Below, piece after piece: positions 18,580 to 30,500 of a DNA stretch of 64,000 bases. The DNA comes from Verrucomicrobiota bacterium. GTDB lineage: Bacteria; Verrucomicrobiota; Verrucomicrobiia; Limisphaerales; AAA164-E04. The translations under genes and the position numbers were made by a program. The first letter of the stretch is position 1. Each line of letters starts with the position of its first letter. The notes under the pieces were generated by a model. The model was not told the DNA's origin and searched no databases. It worked only from the letters and a program-made list of their open reading frames with translations. The stretch lies in assembly GCA_047947115.1 (NCBI GenBank), contig CP170459.1, positions 2,080,001 through 2,144,000 of the forward strand, given 5' to 3'.

Positions 18580-21500
18580 TTGGTAAGGTTTTGTAAATCA
18601 TTGGCCAACCAGTTATCAGTGACACGTTCGTCTTACAGCCTGGAGGCGTTGGAGCCTCGTGTGCTTCTTTCTGGGGATGGGCTTTCTGTTTTATCAGAGA
18701 GTCACGCGTCTTCTGGAGTCGAAGAAGATTTGTTCTGCGCTTCGGAGTCGTGTGAATTGATCCAGAATGAAACACAGGATGAAGTGACCGAATGGTTGAT
18801 TGACGGAGATCTTGATGCATTAGATTCTCTGTTCAACCAGGAGGGTACTTCGCAGGAGGACTGTATCTTCGCCGAAGAAAGTGACGCAGCGGGTGAGGCT
18901 GCAGTGAGCGGTCCACTTGAAGATGCTTCAGACGGTGAAACTGAGGAGCAGGGTGATGCTCCAACTTCCGATATTTCCAATTTTATTCCCGCTTCAGATA
19001 TCCTTTCCGAAACATCGCTTTTGGTGACGGATCAGCCGGGAGATTTCGATTTATTTTGCTATTGTTCACGTCTGGTTGAGACGTTGAATGTGGGCAATGC
19101 CCCCCCTGCTGGTGAAACCTGTTTGCCTGGCGAAAGCGCGAGGCACGATTTGCCATACCATGTTGCATCTCAAACGGTCGACCAGGTCTCTGGTTTGTTC
19201 GTCTCTTTAACGCCAGAGCAGGCAGAGTCTGTTCTGGACTTGTCTATGAGTCCGCAAGGTTATGTGGCTCAAGTCGTTGATGCTTATGGTAAGCTTGTGG
19301 CCGAGCCGACAGAACTGTCGGTCGATGCGACGGTTGTCATCACGGGCAGTGACGACCTCGACGATACTCTTACCATCCGATTGCCGGAAGTGCACGCGGA
19401 TGGATGGCTTGCCATTGCTTTTGAAGGCGGAGATGCAGGGTTTGATTCATTGGTTCTGGAAGGGCCGGACGGTGTGCTTGTTCAGTACGTTGCTGCAGGT
19501 CCTGATTCCGGTTCCATTCAAGGTGAAGGGTGGGAGATTCATTACACCGGACTTGAGCCCATTACCGACAACAGTGATGTGGCCGACCGGTTGTTCACCG
19601 CGACCGGCTCGGATGATATCATTCGCTTGAAGGACGCCGATGAACCTGGATTCATGACCATTGAAAGTGACAATGGTTCTTTTGAGAGTATCAGCTTTCC
19701 TAATCCAACTTCCTCCCTGACCATCGATGCCGGCGGAGGAAATGACCAGATCATTATTGAAAGTTTGGATCCGGCCTTTGTCGCGGGAGCAAGTGGTTCG
19801 GCTGATCCGGAATTGCATCTTCAAGGTGGCGCTGGCACGGACACCGTTTTTGTAAGTTATCCGGCGGACCTGATTCTCACCGATGCTTCCTTGGATGGTG
19901 GAAGTGATTTCAATTTGATTTTTGATGATGTTCCCGATCAAGTCGTGGTTTCGGGCGGAGCGATTGACGCTTCGGCTTTTTCCGGCGTGGCTGTGGTGGT
20001 ACCGGGTGTGCCGGATTGGCAGGACGAGGGCCCCGGGCTGATTCATTCGGATCTCACAAAAGATGCTCCTTTCCCTGAATCAGGTGCAGTTGAAGCGATC
20101 GCAGTACATCCGGGAAACGATCAAATCCTTTTTGCCGCGAGTGTAAACGGTGGCGTTTGGCGGACTGAGAATGGAGGGCAGACCTGGACGGCGATGACCG
20201 ATGAACTGCCATCACTGTCCTTTACGTCCATTGCCATACATTCCCATGATGCGGATGGTAACTTGGTGGATGCTTCCACGCCTGTTGGCAAATTGATTGT
20301 TTTTGCTGGAACAGGTCAACGAAGCGCCAATCACGAAGGTGGATTGGCGATCGGTTTGCTGCGTTCTCAGGATGGAGGAGATACCTGGGAATTGGTGGGT
20401 GTGCCGGATATGACCGGTTTGCCGCTCAGCGCCATTGTGGCAAAACGCATTTCCGGGCAGGACATTGTGCTTGTTGCAGCTGAAGGAAAAACGGTCAGAG
20501 AATCCAGCAAAGTGGAAATGCTTGGTTCACCGGATTTGACCTTCAGCGACCAGGGTGCATCATCGGATACCATCACGCGATCCGCTGGCAGCTGGATAGA
20601 TGATGGTTTTGCATCCGGTCACGAGATTGAGGTAGATGGTACCACCCGAAATGATGCGACATACAAGATTGCTTCCGTCACTGCGACCGTAATGACCTTG
20701 GAGGCCGACTCAATTCTGGTGGATGAAGCCAGTGTCAGCGGAGTAAAGGTCATCACTTCCTTGAAGGTCAAGTTGTTGAAAGAGGGAGGTGTTTTTCGTA
20801 GTGTGGATGGAGGGGATACATTTACCCAGATTCAGCCCATTGACCCTGCCGCGCAATTTTTCCCTCTGGACGAGCGCCATTTTCCGACCGGATCTGTGAC
20901 AGATCTGGCCATTGATCCTGGGGCGGAAGAACGCATCTATGCCGGTGTTCGAGGCGGCGGGGTCTATCGTTCCGATGACGCCGGAGCTACTTGGACCGCC
21001 GTGAATACGGGGTTAACCCTGGCAACCGATGACTGGGACAATGACGGAAACGGCTATGTCGATGATGCTGATGAAACGGCAGTAGGGGTGCAACGTATCT
21101 TATTAGCGGTCCAGGCAGATGATGCATCGGCGACAAACGAGGTCTATGCTGCATTGGTTGGTGGGAATGATCATTTCATAGGGATATTCAAATCCGACGA
21201 TCAGGGGGCTAATTGGTCTTTGCTCGGAGAAGCTCCCGGACGTCCCGAATTTGAATTGAGTTTTCCTGTCACATCGAATGCCGGGCTCATCGACTTCCTC
21301 GATAACAATCCCGCTCAGGATACGGTTGTGCGATCGACTGGCAGTTGGATTCGGGATGGCTTCCAAGCGGGGGATTACATTGAAATAACCGGATCTGCTG
21401 CAAGCGATGGGGTTCATTTGGTGGCTTCCGTCAGTCATGACACATTGACGATGGATGCGGGTGTTGCCCTGGATACCGAAGTTTATTTGCGCAGTATCAA

Positions 21501-24500
21501 AGGGGCTCCGGAATTGACCTTTGCCGATGCGAATCCCGATACTATCACGCGTAGCGTGGGGAGCTGGGTTGAGGACGGGATTGTGAAGGGGCATGAGATC
21601 AAGATCTCCGATACAACGGGCAATAATGGCACCTATACCGTGACCGGAGTCACTCCGCTGGTGTTGACGCTATCTGGTTCGGATTCACTCACAGCAGAGA
21701 CCATTCAGACCGCAGTAGAAATCAAAGCAAGTGCCACCGAATACGATGGTCCGGGAACGCTTCAACCTCAGATTCACCGCGGCAGCCAGGGCGAATTGCA
21801 TTTCTCAGTCACGGCGGATGCCGATGGCAATATCTATCTGGGTGGGGACCGGCCTGCCCATATTTTCCGTTGGGATCAAACAACCAGCCAATGGGATCAC
21901 ATCACCAAGCAAAACGCCACGGGCACACGTTCGCATGCTGACTCAAGAGTCTTGATTCTGGATGGAGCAGGGCAGCTTTTGGATGGGGATGATGGAGGCG
22001 TGTATCGTTTACTTAACCCTGGTGACAATGCCACGGTGACCATGACGGGATCTCCGCGCGTCACTTTCGTGGATGCCAATCCTGACCAGGTTCAACGCTC
22101 TGCCGGAAGCTGGATCACGGACGGGTTTGTCGCAGGTCAACGCATTGGTGTGACAGGTAGCTTTTCTTTGTATGGGAATGACGGGGTTTACACGATTGCC
22201 TCAGTTACCGCTTCCACTCTTACACTGGTTGCATCTGATCAGCTTCAATCCGAAGGCCCCAGATCTGGCGTCACAGTTGTCTCTTATCCCGCTTTGGCCG
22301 GCAATCCGAACCTGACTTTTGCGGATGCCTCGCCGGATACCATCACCCGTTCGGCCGGGAGTTGGGTTTCCGATGGATTTGCTGTCGGACATCACATTGA
22401 AGTATCAGGTTCATCGAGCAACGACGGCATTTATACGATTTCCGAATTGACCGCGACTCTGTTGAAAGTAACGGCAGCCGATAGTCTTGCTGCCGAAGGG
22501 CCCGTCAATGGAATCCATGTCTGGCAGAATCGTGAGTGGAAGAGTCTGAATGCATCCCTTGGTGCCACGGAGATTCTTTCCATGTCTTACGACCCGGTCA
22601 GCAATGTCTTCTTCGCCGGTACTCAGGATAATGGTGTCATTGAACAGCCTTTTCCGGCTGACGGTGTTGACAATGACGGGGACGGTATCGTAGATGAACC
22701 GGATGAACGCTTCAGGTGGTCTGTTGTGCTGGATGGACGCGGACTTCCGCCGGGCGATGGCAACATCACCGCCGTGGCGTTGTTGGATTTGGATGACGAT
22801 GGGCAGATTGACGAAGTGCGTCGCTATACCATGTCCAATAATCTCGTCAGTTTTACCCAGCGCCTTTTTGACGAAAATGGAGCACTGATCCCGGGAACGA
22901 ATCAACTTGTCGGACTTGCTTCTCCTGTGTCGCAAACCGTGAACTTCACTGTCAACATCGGCAGCGACCAACTTACCATCAATGATCATGGCTTGGTGAC
23001 CGGAGACGGACCCTTCAAAGTGGACGTTTCCGGAGGAGGTAGTCTTCCGGCCGAACTGTCAACAGATGCGCTATATTGGGCCATTCGGGTTTCTGACAAC
23101 GCCATTCAGTTGGCCGCCAATCAGCAGGATGCTTTGGATGGAAGCCAGATCAATTTGACCACGGATGGCTCGGGGACACGTCAGTTGACGAAACCTTTCC
23201 TTAGCTTTGGCAATGCCGCCATTGACGATCCCACCGATCAGATAACCATTCCCAATCATGGTCTGGCAACGGGAGCCGGGCCGTTCCGTCTGGTGACCAG
23301 TCGGGGTAGTGATTTTGGAAGTGGCCTTTATCCCTACATAGATTACTACGTCATTCGGGTGGATAACGATACCATTCAACTGGCACGTTCCAAGGCTTTG
23401 GCCAATGCGGGAACCGATTATTCCATCAAGGACAATGGTTCCGGAGCTTTCCAGCTTGTCTCTCGATTGAGTGGTTTGAACGGCAACGATGCTGCTAAGT
23501 ACACCAGTGGTTTTCGGGAGTTGGCATACGCTGTCAATCAAGTGGATGACACCCGAATGTTGCTTGGTTTGAATTCGGTTTATGCCAGCGTGAATATCGG
23601 TAGTGACGCGACTCCTTATTACGATGGTTTGGGAACGGTGCAGAGATTGTTCACTCATCCAAGCAGCGGTCAGTTCACTTCACTGGTTTACGGAGGTTCC
23701 AAGAATGGTGTTGAGAATCCCGATGTGGTTTATGCCTCCAGCTGGTCTCGCATTTATATTCAGGTTGCCAATGCCATGACGGGTAACCCCAATCTGGTAT
23801 TTGCGGACAATGGGGCAAGCGAAGATACCATTACCAGATCGTCCGGAGATTGGGAGGCGGACGGGTTTGCTCCCGGTCAGGTGATTACCATCAGCGGTTC
23901 GTCTAACAACGATCACTCTTACACTGTTCAAGCCGTGACTCCTACCGTGTTAACGGTGACTTCCGGAGACAGTCTTACTGCCGAAGGGCCCGTGAATCAG
24001 GTGGCTGTAAGTCGTTTCAGCAGGGAAACCACCCCCGGTTCGGAAACAATCAACGGGTTGGTGCTAGATCCTGATGATTACGACATCGCTTATGCCATTT
24101 CGGATGCAAACGTGTATCAGCGCACTGGACCTGGGAAATGGGAAATCATTTCAACCGAACTATCCAGCTTGTCATTGAAGAGTATTGAATTCGCCCAGGT
24201 AGGAGGGACGGACATCCTGCTGGTTGGCGGTGTGAATGGATTGTTCCGGGCAATCGATCCGCAGCCAGGAGTGACCTGGACGGAAGTGGGGCGCGGCTTG
24301 CCCAATACCTTGCTTCGTGACACAGATTATATCAGTCGCGATCCGGCTGATGCCCCGAATCCACACAACTTGTCCCGCGAAGATATTCTGTTGGTGGCGA
24401 CTCAAGGTCGCGGTGCATGGTTGACATTGTCGCCGGATGTTTATCTGGACGAAATGACTGAAATTCACATTGTGGGCGATGGCGGCAATGATGAGATCAA

Positions 24501-27500
24501 GATTGAACGTCGTGCAAGCAATGCCTCATTGCTGGACATCTACGTCAATAGCAATTCACCTGTTTATACACTACCTGCTAGTGCCGTTTCCAAAATCACC
24601 GTGGAAGGTAATGATGGAAATGATACGCTCACCTTGGACAGCACGCATGGACCGCTTTCTTTCCCGGGGGATGCTTCCGATCCTTCTAATCCCGAAGGGA
24701 TCTTTTTCAACGGAGGTGGCGGTACCAATCAATTGGTTCTGGAAGGTGGAAAAAGTCACAGCCTCACCCAGGCGAGCGATGCAGGTGTCACAACTCTGAC
24801 CATTCAGGATATTCGGGCAAATCAGCAAGCGATGTTTGCGTTTGAAAATGCCACGCTCGACAACAATCTCGTGCCGGCATCCGATCTGGAAATCTTTTAT
24901 CATGTGATGACTGAGATCTTTTTCGGTTATTCGCATTGGATGGGGTCAAATGATTCGTTGAGTGGTGATGGGATGATGGATGAATTGGCCTTGATTGGTT
25001 ACTCGCTGCCACGCGTCTTGAACGGATCTCAAACAAACGATCTTGATCCGGTCGGTGATCCGGTCGAGGAGGCTACTGAAATGGTTCAGAGCGGATCAGT
25101 TCGGTCAACTTCGGGACTGGAACGCCTGATTGAATCGGGTGAAAACGGATTTAGCCTCTCTGAAATTGGTGACACAATCCTGACCCTTGATGCTTTACGG
25201 GCCCGTCTGGATGATCTGGATGACGTGGCTGGGAATGTTGTGTTGGATGAAATCACCGATCGTGATGGTGACAGTTTGGCTGACGCCATTTTGACCATCC
25301 AAATACAGCGCACCTTGAATGGACAGGCAGCTTTGGAATTGCAGACTGAATACGGGGTAGGCGAGATTGATATCTCAGGGGACATGCATGTATCGGTCGA
25401 TGTGGTGCTGGACTTGGTGGTTGGTATTGAGACGACCGATGGGGTTTTCATTGAGACGCTGGGTGGAGCATCCGGCCTTAGTGTAAGTGGACTTGAACTT
25501 GAAGGCTCTTTGGAGGGAACCGGTCGATTGGGCTTCCTGGAGGTCTATCTTGAGGAATCCCGGCTTGTGGTCGATCCCGCATTGACCTTCGGAATCACGC
25601 TGTTGGATCCTTCTGGCGGGGATGAGATTCGTTTTGATGAATTGATGGCGTTGTTATCCGATCCCTCATCCTTGAGCGATCTGGCCGAGTTTGCCATTAC
25701 GGGATCTGCTTCTGATGACCTGGAGTTCAGTGCTGTCGTTCATGCTGCGGCCATTCTTCCCGGATTGGATGATCCATTCGATCTGGGGGATGCGGAGATG
25801 ACAGCGACATGGAGTGAGATTACCGATATTGATTCTGTGGCAATCAGCTTCAGCGTGGGGGCTGGTGAGGACTTGATTGGGTTTTTGGAAGTGACCGCGC
25901 AACGAGTGGTTGAGGCGTTGGAAACCGTTCAGAATACCCTTGAACAATTCAGTGTCGATATCCCGGAAATCGATCAAACCCTCGACGATCTCCTGCGGTT
26001 TGTGGATGGATTTGAAGACACTATTCTTTCTCCACTCCGTGAACCTGTGCATGGATCCGTATCGACAGCGACGATTCAGGATATGATTCGTTCCTGGAAC
26101 CGCGGATTGAACGAAGAACTGGAAACGGTAGGGCTTCACTTCGATGCCGACGAACTTGAGTTGACCTATGATTTCGAATACAGCCATTTCTTCGGTCGCG
26201 ACGGTGATGCCCTGGACCTTTCCTTTGATCTGGGCGGGGCGGGATCGTCCCTTGGTATGGATGCCGAAGTGTCTGTCGAGGGGACGGTGGGATTGCAAAC
26301 TACTTTGGGTCTCGACCTGGGGGCTTTGATCGGTGGTGGAGATTTTGATGACATTTTCTTTTTACAGGACACCTTGTTTGAAGGGGAATTGAATCTGAGC
26401 TTCACTGAACTGGATACGGACCTGACGGCGGGTTCGCAAACATTCAATCTTGAAGATGGTGAGCTGGTGTTGGGAGTGAGCCTGACCATTGATCCATCCG
26501 GTGCGGACGATAATGCTGACAATAAGCTGAGCCTGACTGAATTGACTTCCGCTTCCTTGGAAGATCTGGTTGATCTGGACGCTACAGGTACACTGGATGC
26601 AACGCTTCCTTTCAATGCCGATCTGAGCCTTGATTTGTTGAACGGAGCCGGGCTGGCGACGGAAGGGGATTATGTCATTACCTTGCATACGGATGATTTG
26701 TTCGGATCGGATCCCATGGACGTGACGGTCAGTCTGGATGGCAGTGTGACGGTGTTGGGACAGACGCTTGAGGGGCTCTTTACTTTCCAATCCACCACCA
26801 TGGAAGGCGAATCGGTTACTATTCTTTCGGGTGATCCGTTTACGCTGACTTTGTTTGAAGGCGCAGGGGGTGGTACCGCCCTGGTCTCTGCAATGGGTAG
26901 CGGTCACTTCGTGGTAACCGACGACGGAGTGGCAGGCGAAGCCGAGGCTGCCCTTGTGGTTGGAGTGGCCGGTTTTGCCAACCTGACAGGTGATTTTGAG
27001 GTTAGGGTCAATACCACCGAATCAGACTTCGATGCTACCTTTACGGTGGGGGGCGATTCGGTGACACTGGATCTGCCTGAAGGCCCTTACCTGCGCGTTG
27101 CGGGCGAGGATGTGAGTGTCGACTTGAGCATCGGTTCCTTCACCCAAACCGTCAGCGGCGATTTTGCTTTCGAACAAACGGGCGATGGCGATAACCGGCA
27201 AGTGGTCCTCGGGTTGAACAACGTTTCCATGACCATGGAAGCCGGCGCTTTGACCCTGGAAGCAAATGATGGTTCAGGCGCGTTCCTGCTTCAGTCAGCA
27301 GGTGTGGCAGGTGAGGCGACGATCGGAGAAGTCATTTTGAACGGCGTTCCTGGTGTTACTTTGAATGTGGTGGATCTGGCCATTCGCGTGAACAACACCG
27401 GTATGGACATCAACGACGGTGAAGCCGAACCCGGCCCGCTTACCATCGAGGTCGGCGGGGAAACCCTTTCGTTTGAATTCAGCGGTGCTTACGAGCAGGA

Positions 27501-30500
27501 TTATCTTTCCGTTTCAGGTGGCGCCGAAATGGTGTTGGCGGATTTCATCACTCTGTACGGAAACTTCACCATTGAGCGATCCGAACTGGATACCAATGCC
27601 GACACGATTGTGGAGGACGTAATCAAGGTGGGGGTTGAATCCTTGAACTTCACTTTGAGCGCCGGTTCATTTGAAGTGTTGTCCTTCTCTGATGGAACGG
27701 GCGCTTTTGTCTTCACCGATGAGGGCGTGGCAGGAACGGCTGACATGCAGTTCGAGCTGGGAATCATCGGTCTCAGTGGCGACATTGACATGGAATTGAA
27801 CACACTGAGCCGCGCGATTGAAGCCTCGGTGCCGGTGGCCTCTGGCGCGGTTGCATTTAACTTCACTGATACCGAGTTCCTTCGGGTATGTGTCACCAAC
27901 GCATTTCTCAATCTTGGCTCCACTTCGATTCCGATCCCGGGTGATTTGTTGGTCGATGTTGACACGGGCAGCGGTTCGGTCGATGTCGTGGACAAGACCA
28001 GTGGCACGGTGCTGGTTTCGGTTGCTTCGGATGGTACGATTTCCACAGGGCTTTCCTTTGACGACTTTGCGATTTCCGGTCCGTTTGAATTCATCAGTTT
28101 GCTCCGGCAATTGCTGATCTGGTTCAATGAAATGAGCGAATCGGAAGCGTTCAATGTCGAGATTCCATTCACCGATAACACGCTTGGGGAGGCGCTGGAC
28201 TGGACGCAGTTGTTCCTGGATGAAATTTACTCCAACATGATCAGCGTCGAGTTGCAGTCCGGTGAGGATATTGACGGCATGATCGCGGATGAAGGGGATG
28301 GCATTGTGGATCTGGTTGATGTGAATTTCATGTTGCAGGTCGATGACGAAACACCGGTCGAAGTCACCGTCAACGGTTCGTTCAGTTCGATTGAAAACGC
28401 CAGTGATCCTTTCGATGCATCAACCTTGGTTGGTCTTTTCAACAACGCTTTCCTCGCTGCTGGTGCGGGGCTTTCCTCACAAGTGGTCGCCCGCAAACAT
28501 GAAGAAACCGAGCCGGGTGTCGATCGATTTGTGATTGCCTTGCTGCCGGAAGCCATTGCCAAGTTGTCCTCCTTGAAGCTGGTGGAACTGGACGAGGATA
28601 TGGAAGGGTTGGGCTTTGGTCCGAGTGACGGTAATTACGGGGATGAGGACGGTAGCGAAGCCAATCCATATACAACCGAGCAGACCGCCATCGAGACACA
28701 TCGCTACACCACCGAACAATTCTTTGTCGCGTTGGGCGATCTGCTGGGGATACCCGTTACTTACAATCCGGCCCAGTTGGTTTACACCTATACCGTCGAT
28801 AAGGAAGCGACCTATGAGACGACGGTTCCGTTCAACTTCAGCGGGGACTTGGGCGACCTCGGCGGAGTGGCCGTGGAAGGGTTGGTCCGGATTGAAGCGA
28901 CTGTTGGGTTTGAGTTTACTTTGGGCTTTGACCTGGGCGCCGACGAAGTTCCAAGGATTCTCACATCGACCTTTGTGCCGACTCCAGCGAACGGCCGGAT
29001 CAGTGAAGACGCCAACTTTGACATCTTCTTCAATGATGATCTTGCAGCCGTCAGTTTCTCTGGCGCCAATGCCCTGACCGCCGCTTCCACTGCTGATAAT
29101 ACCAGTATCAATGATTTGGCGGATGATCTGAATGACCTGTTTGCCACGGTAGATTACAACGGGTCTCCGGTCAGTGACTGGTTGGTGGCGCAGAAGGCCG
29201 GCAACGGTCTGGCCATTTCGGTGCGTCAGGAACATCTGGGAGTGATCAATCGACTGAGCACCCGTTCAAATATCGATGATACGTTCGCCACCGAGATGGG
29301 ATTCGGAATCGAAGTGCTCGATCTGGACGGCAATGAAGTGACCGAGAATGATCGCTACTTTGTTTCCACATCGCAATCGGGAATGAAGGGGTTGTTTCTG
29401 GACGATGTTTCCCTTTCGGCCTCTCTGGCGGCCTACACTGAGACCGACACAGGAACTTATCCGGATGCCAATCCCGATGGGTTGACGGGAAGTCTGCAAT
29501 TTGGTTTTGTCGAATTGTCCACGAGTGAGGGTGCCTTCGGAACCTTGGAATATGATGGAACCACACCGACCGAAATCGGGATTGATCTGGGATTGGAAAA
29601 CAGTGGCAGCGGTGAAAGCCGGTTTTATCTCGCGGATTTGTTCCAGTCCCTGACGTCCACATCATTTGGTGACATGGTCAACGGACCGGATTTCTCGGGC
29701 AGCTTCCTGGCACGATTGCAGGGATTAAGCGTGAATGGATTCGATATCGGAGACCTGGCTGGAAGTGACCCTGAAATCTCCGTTTGGATCCCTGATATCA
29801 ATGATCTCGAATACAACGAAGACCCCTATGATGGCACCAACACCGGTGTGTTTGTGACATACCCAAATTTGGGACACTTGCAGAACTTCCAAAACTTCAG
29901 TTTCGCTCAATTGATCAATGCGCTTCGGGTATTGGTCGACAACCTGAGCGAATTGAGTGCGTTTGGATTCCTGGACAAGAAGATTCCGGTGATTGATGCC
30001 AGCGTGAATGATCTGCTGGATTATGCTGCGAAGTTCGCCGAGTTGGTGGAAGAAGCAGCGAATCAACCTGCCGGGTCATTGCAGGCAGCGATCACCGAAC
30101 TGGAATCCCAGATCGAATCCCTGTTCAATCTTGATCCCAGCATCCTGACCGTTTCCATTGATACCAATGGAATCACTCCAGACCAACTGGTATTGAGCGG
30201 GGGAGATGGCTCGAATCCGGCTGGCACCACTCTGGATCCAGAAGGCGACAACAATGGACTTGTCATTGAGAGCGCATCCAACGGCACGGGGGATAACGGC
30301 ATCTCGATACGTCTAGTTGGTGATTCAAGCGTGAGTGGAAATGATGCCAATGTAGAGTGGGACAGTGTGCAGCGAGTCCTCACACTAGGTATCCGGGGCG
30401 GAGAGACGACCGCTGCAACGTTGCGTGATGCCATCAATGCGCTGTCGGGAACGCCCTTTTTTGCCTCTTTGCCGGGCGGTGAGGATGGTAGCGGGACATT

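Noticed and set aside
19100..19106. C7 homopolymer near the 5' end of the giant gene as a phase-variation site
   Set aside because: Short for a contingency tract and explained by Ala-Pro-Pro codons.
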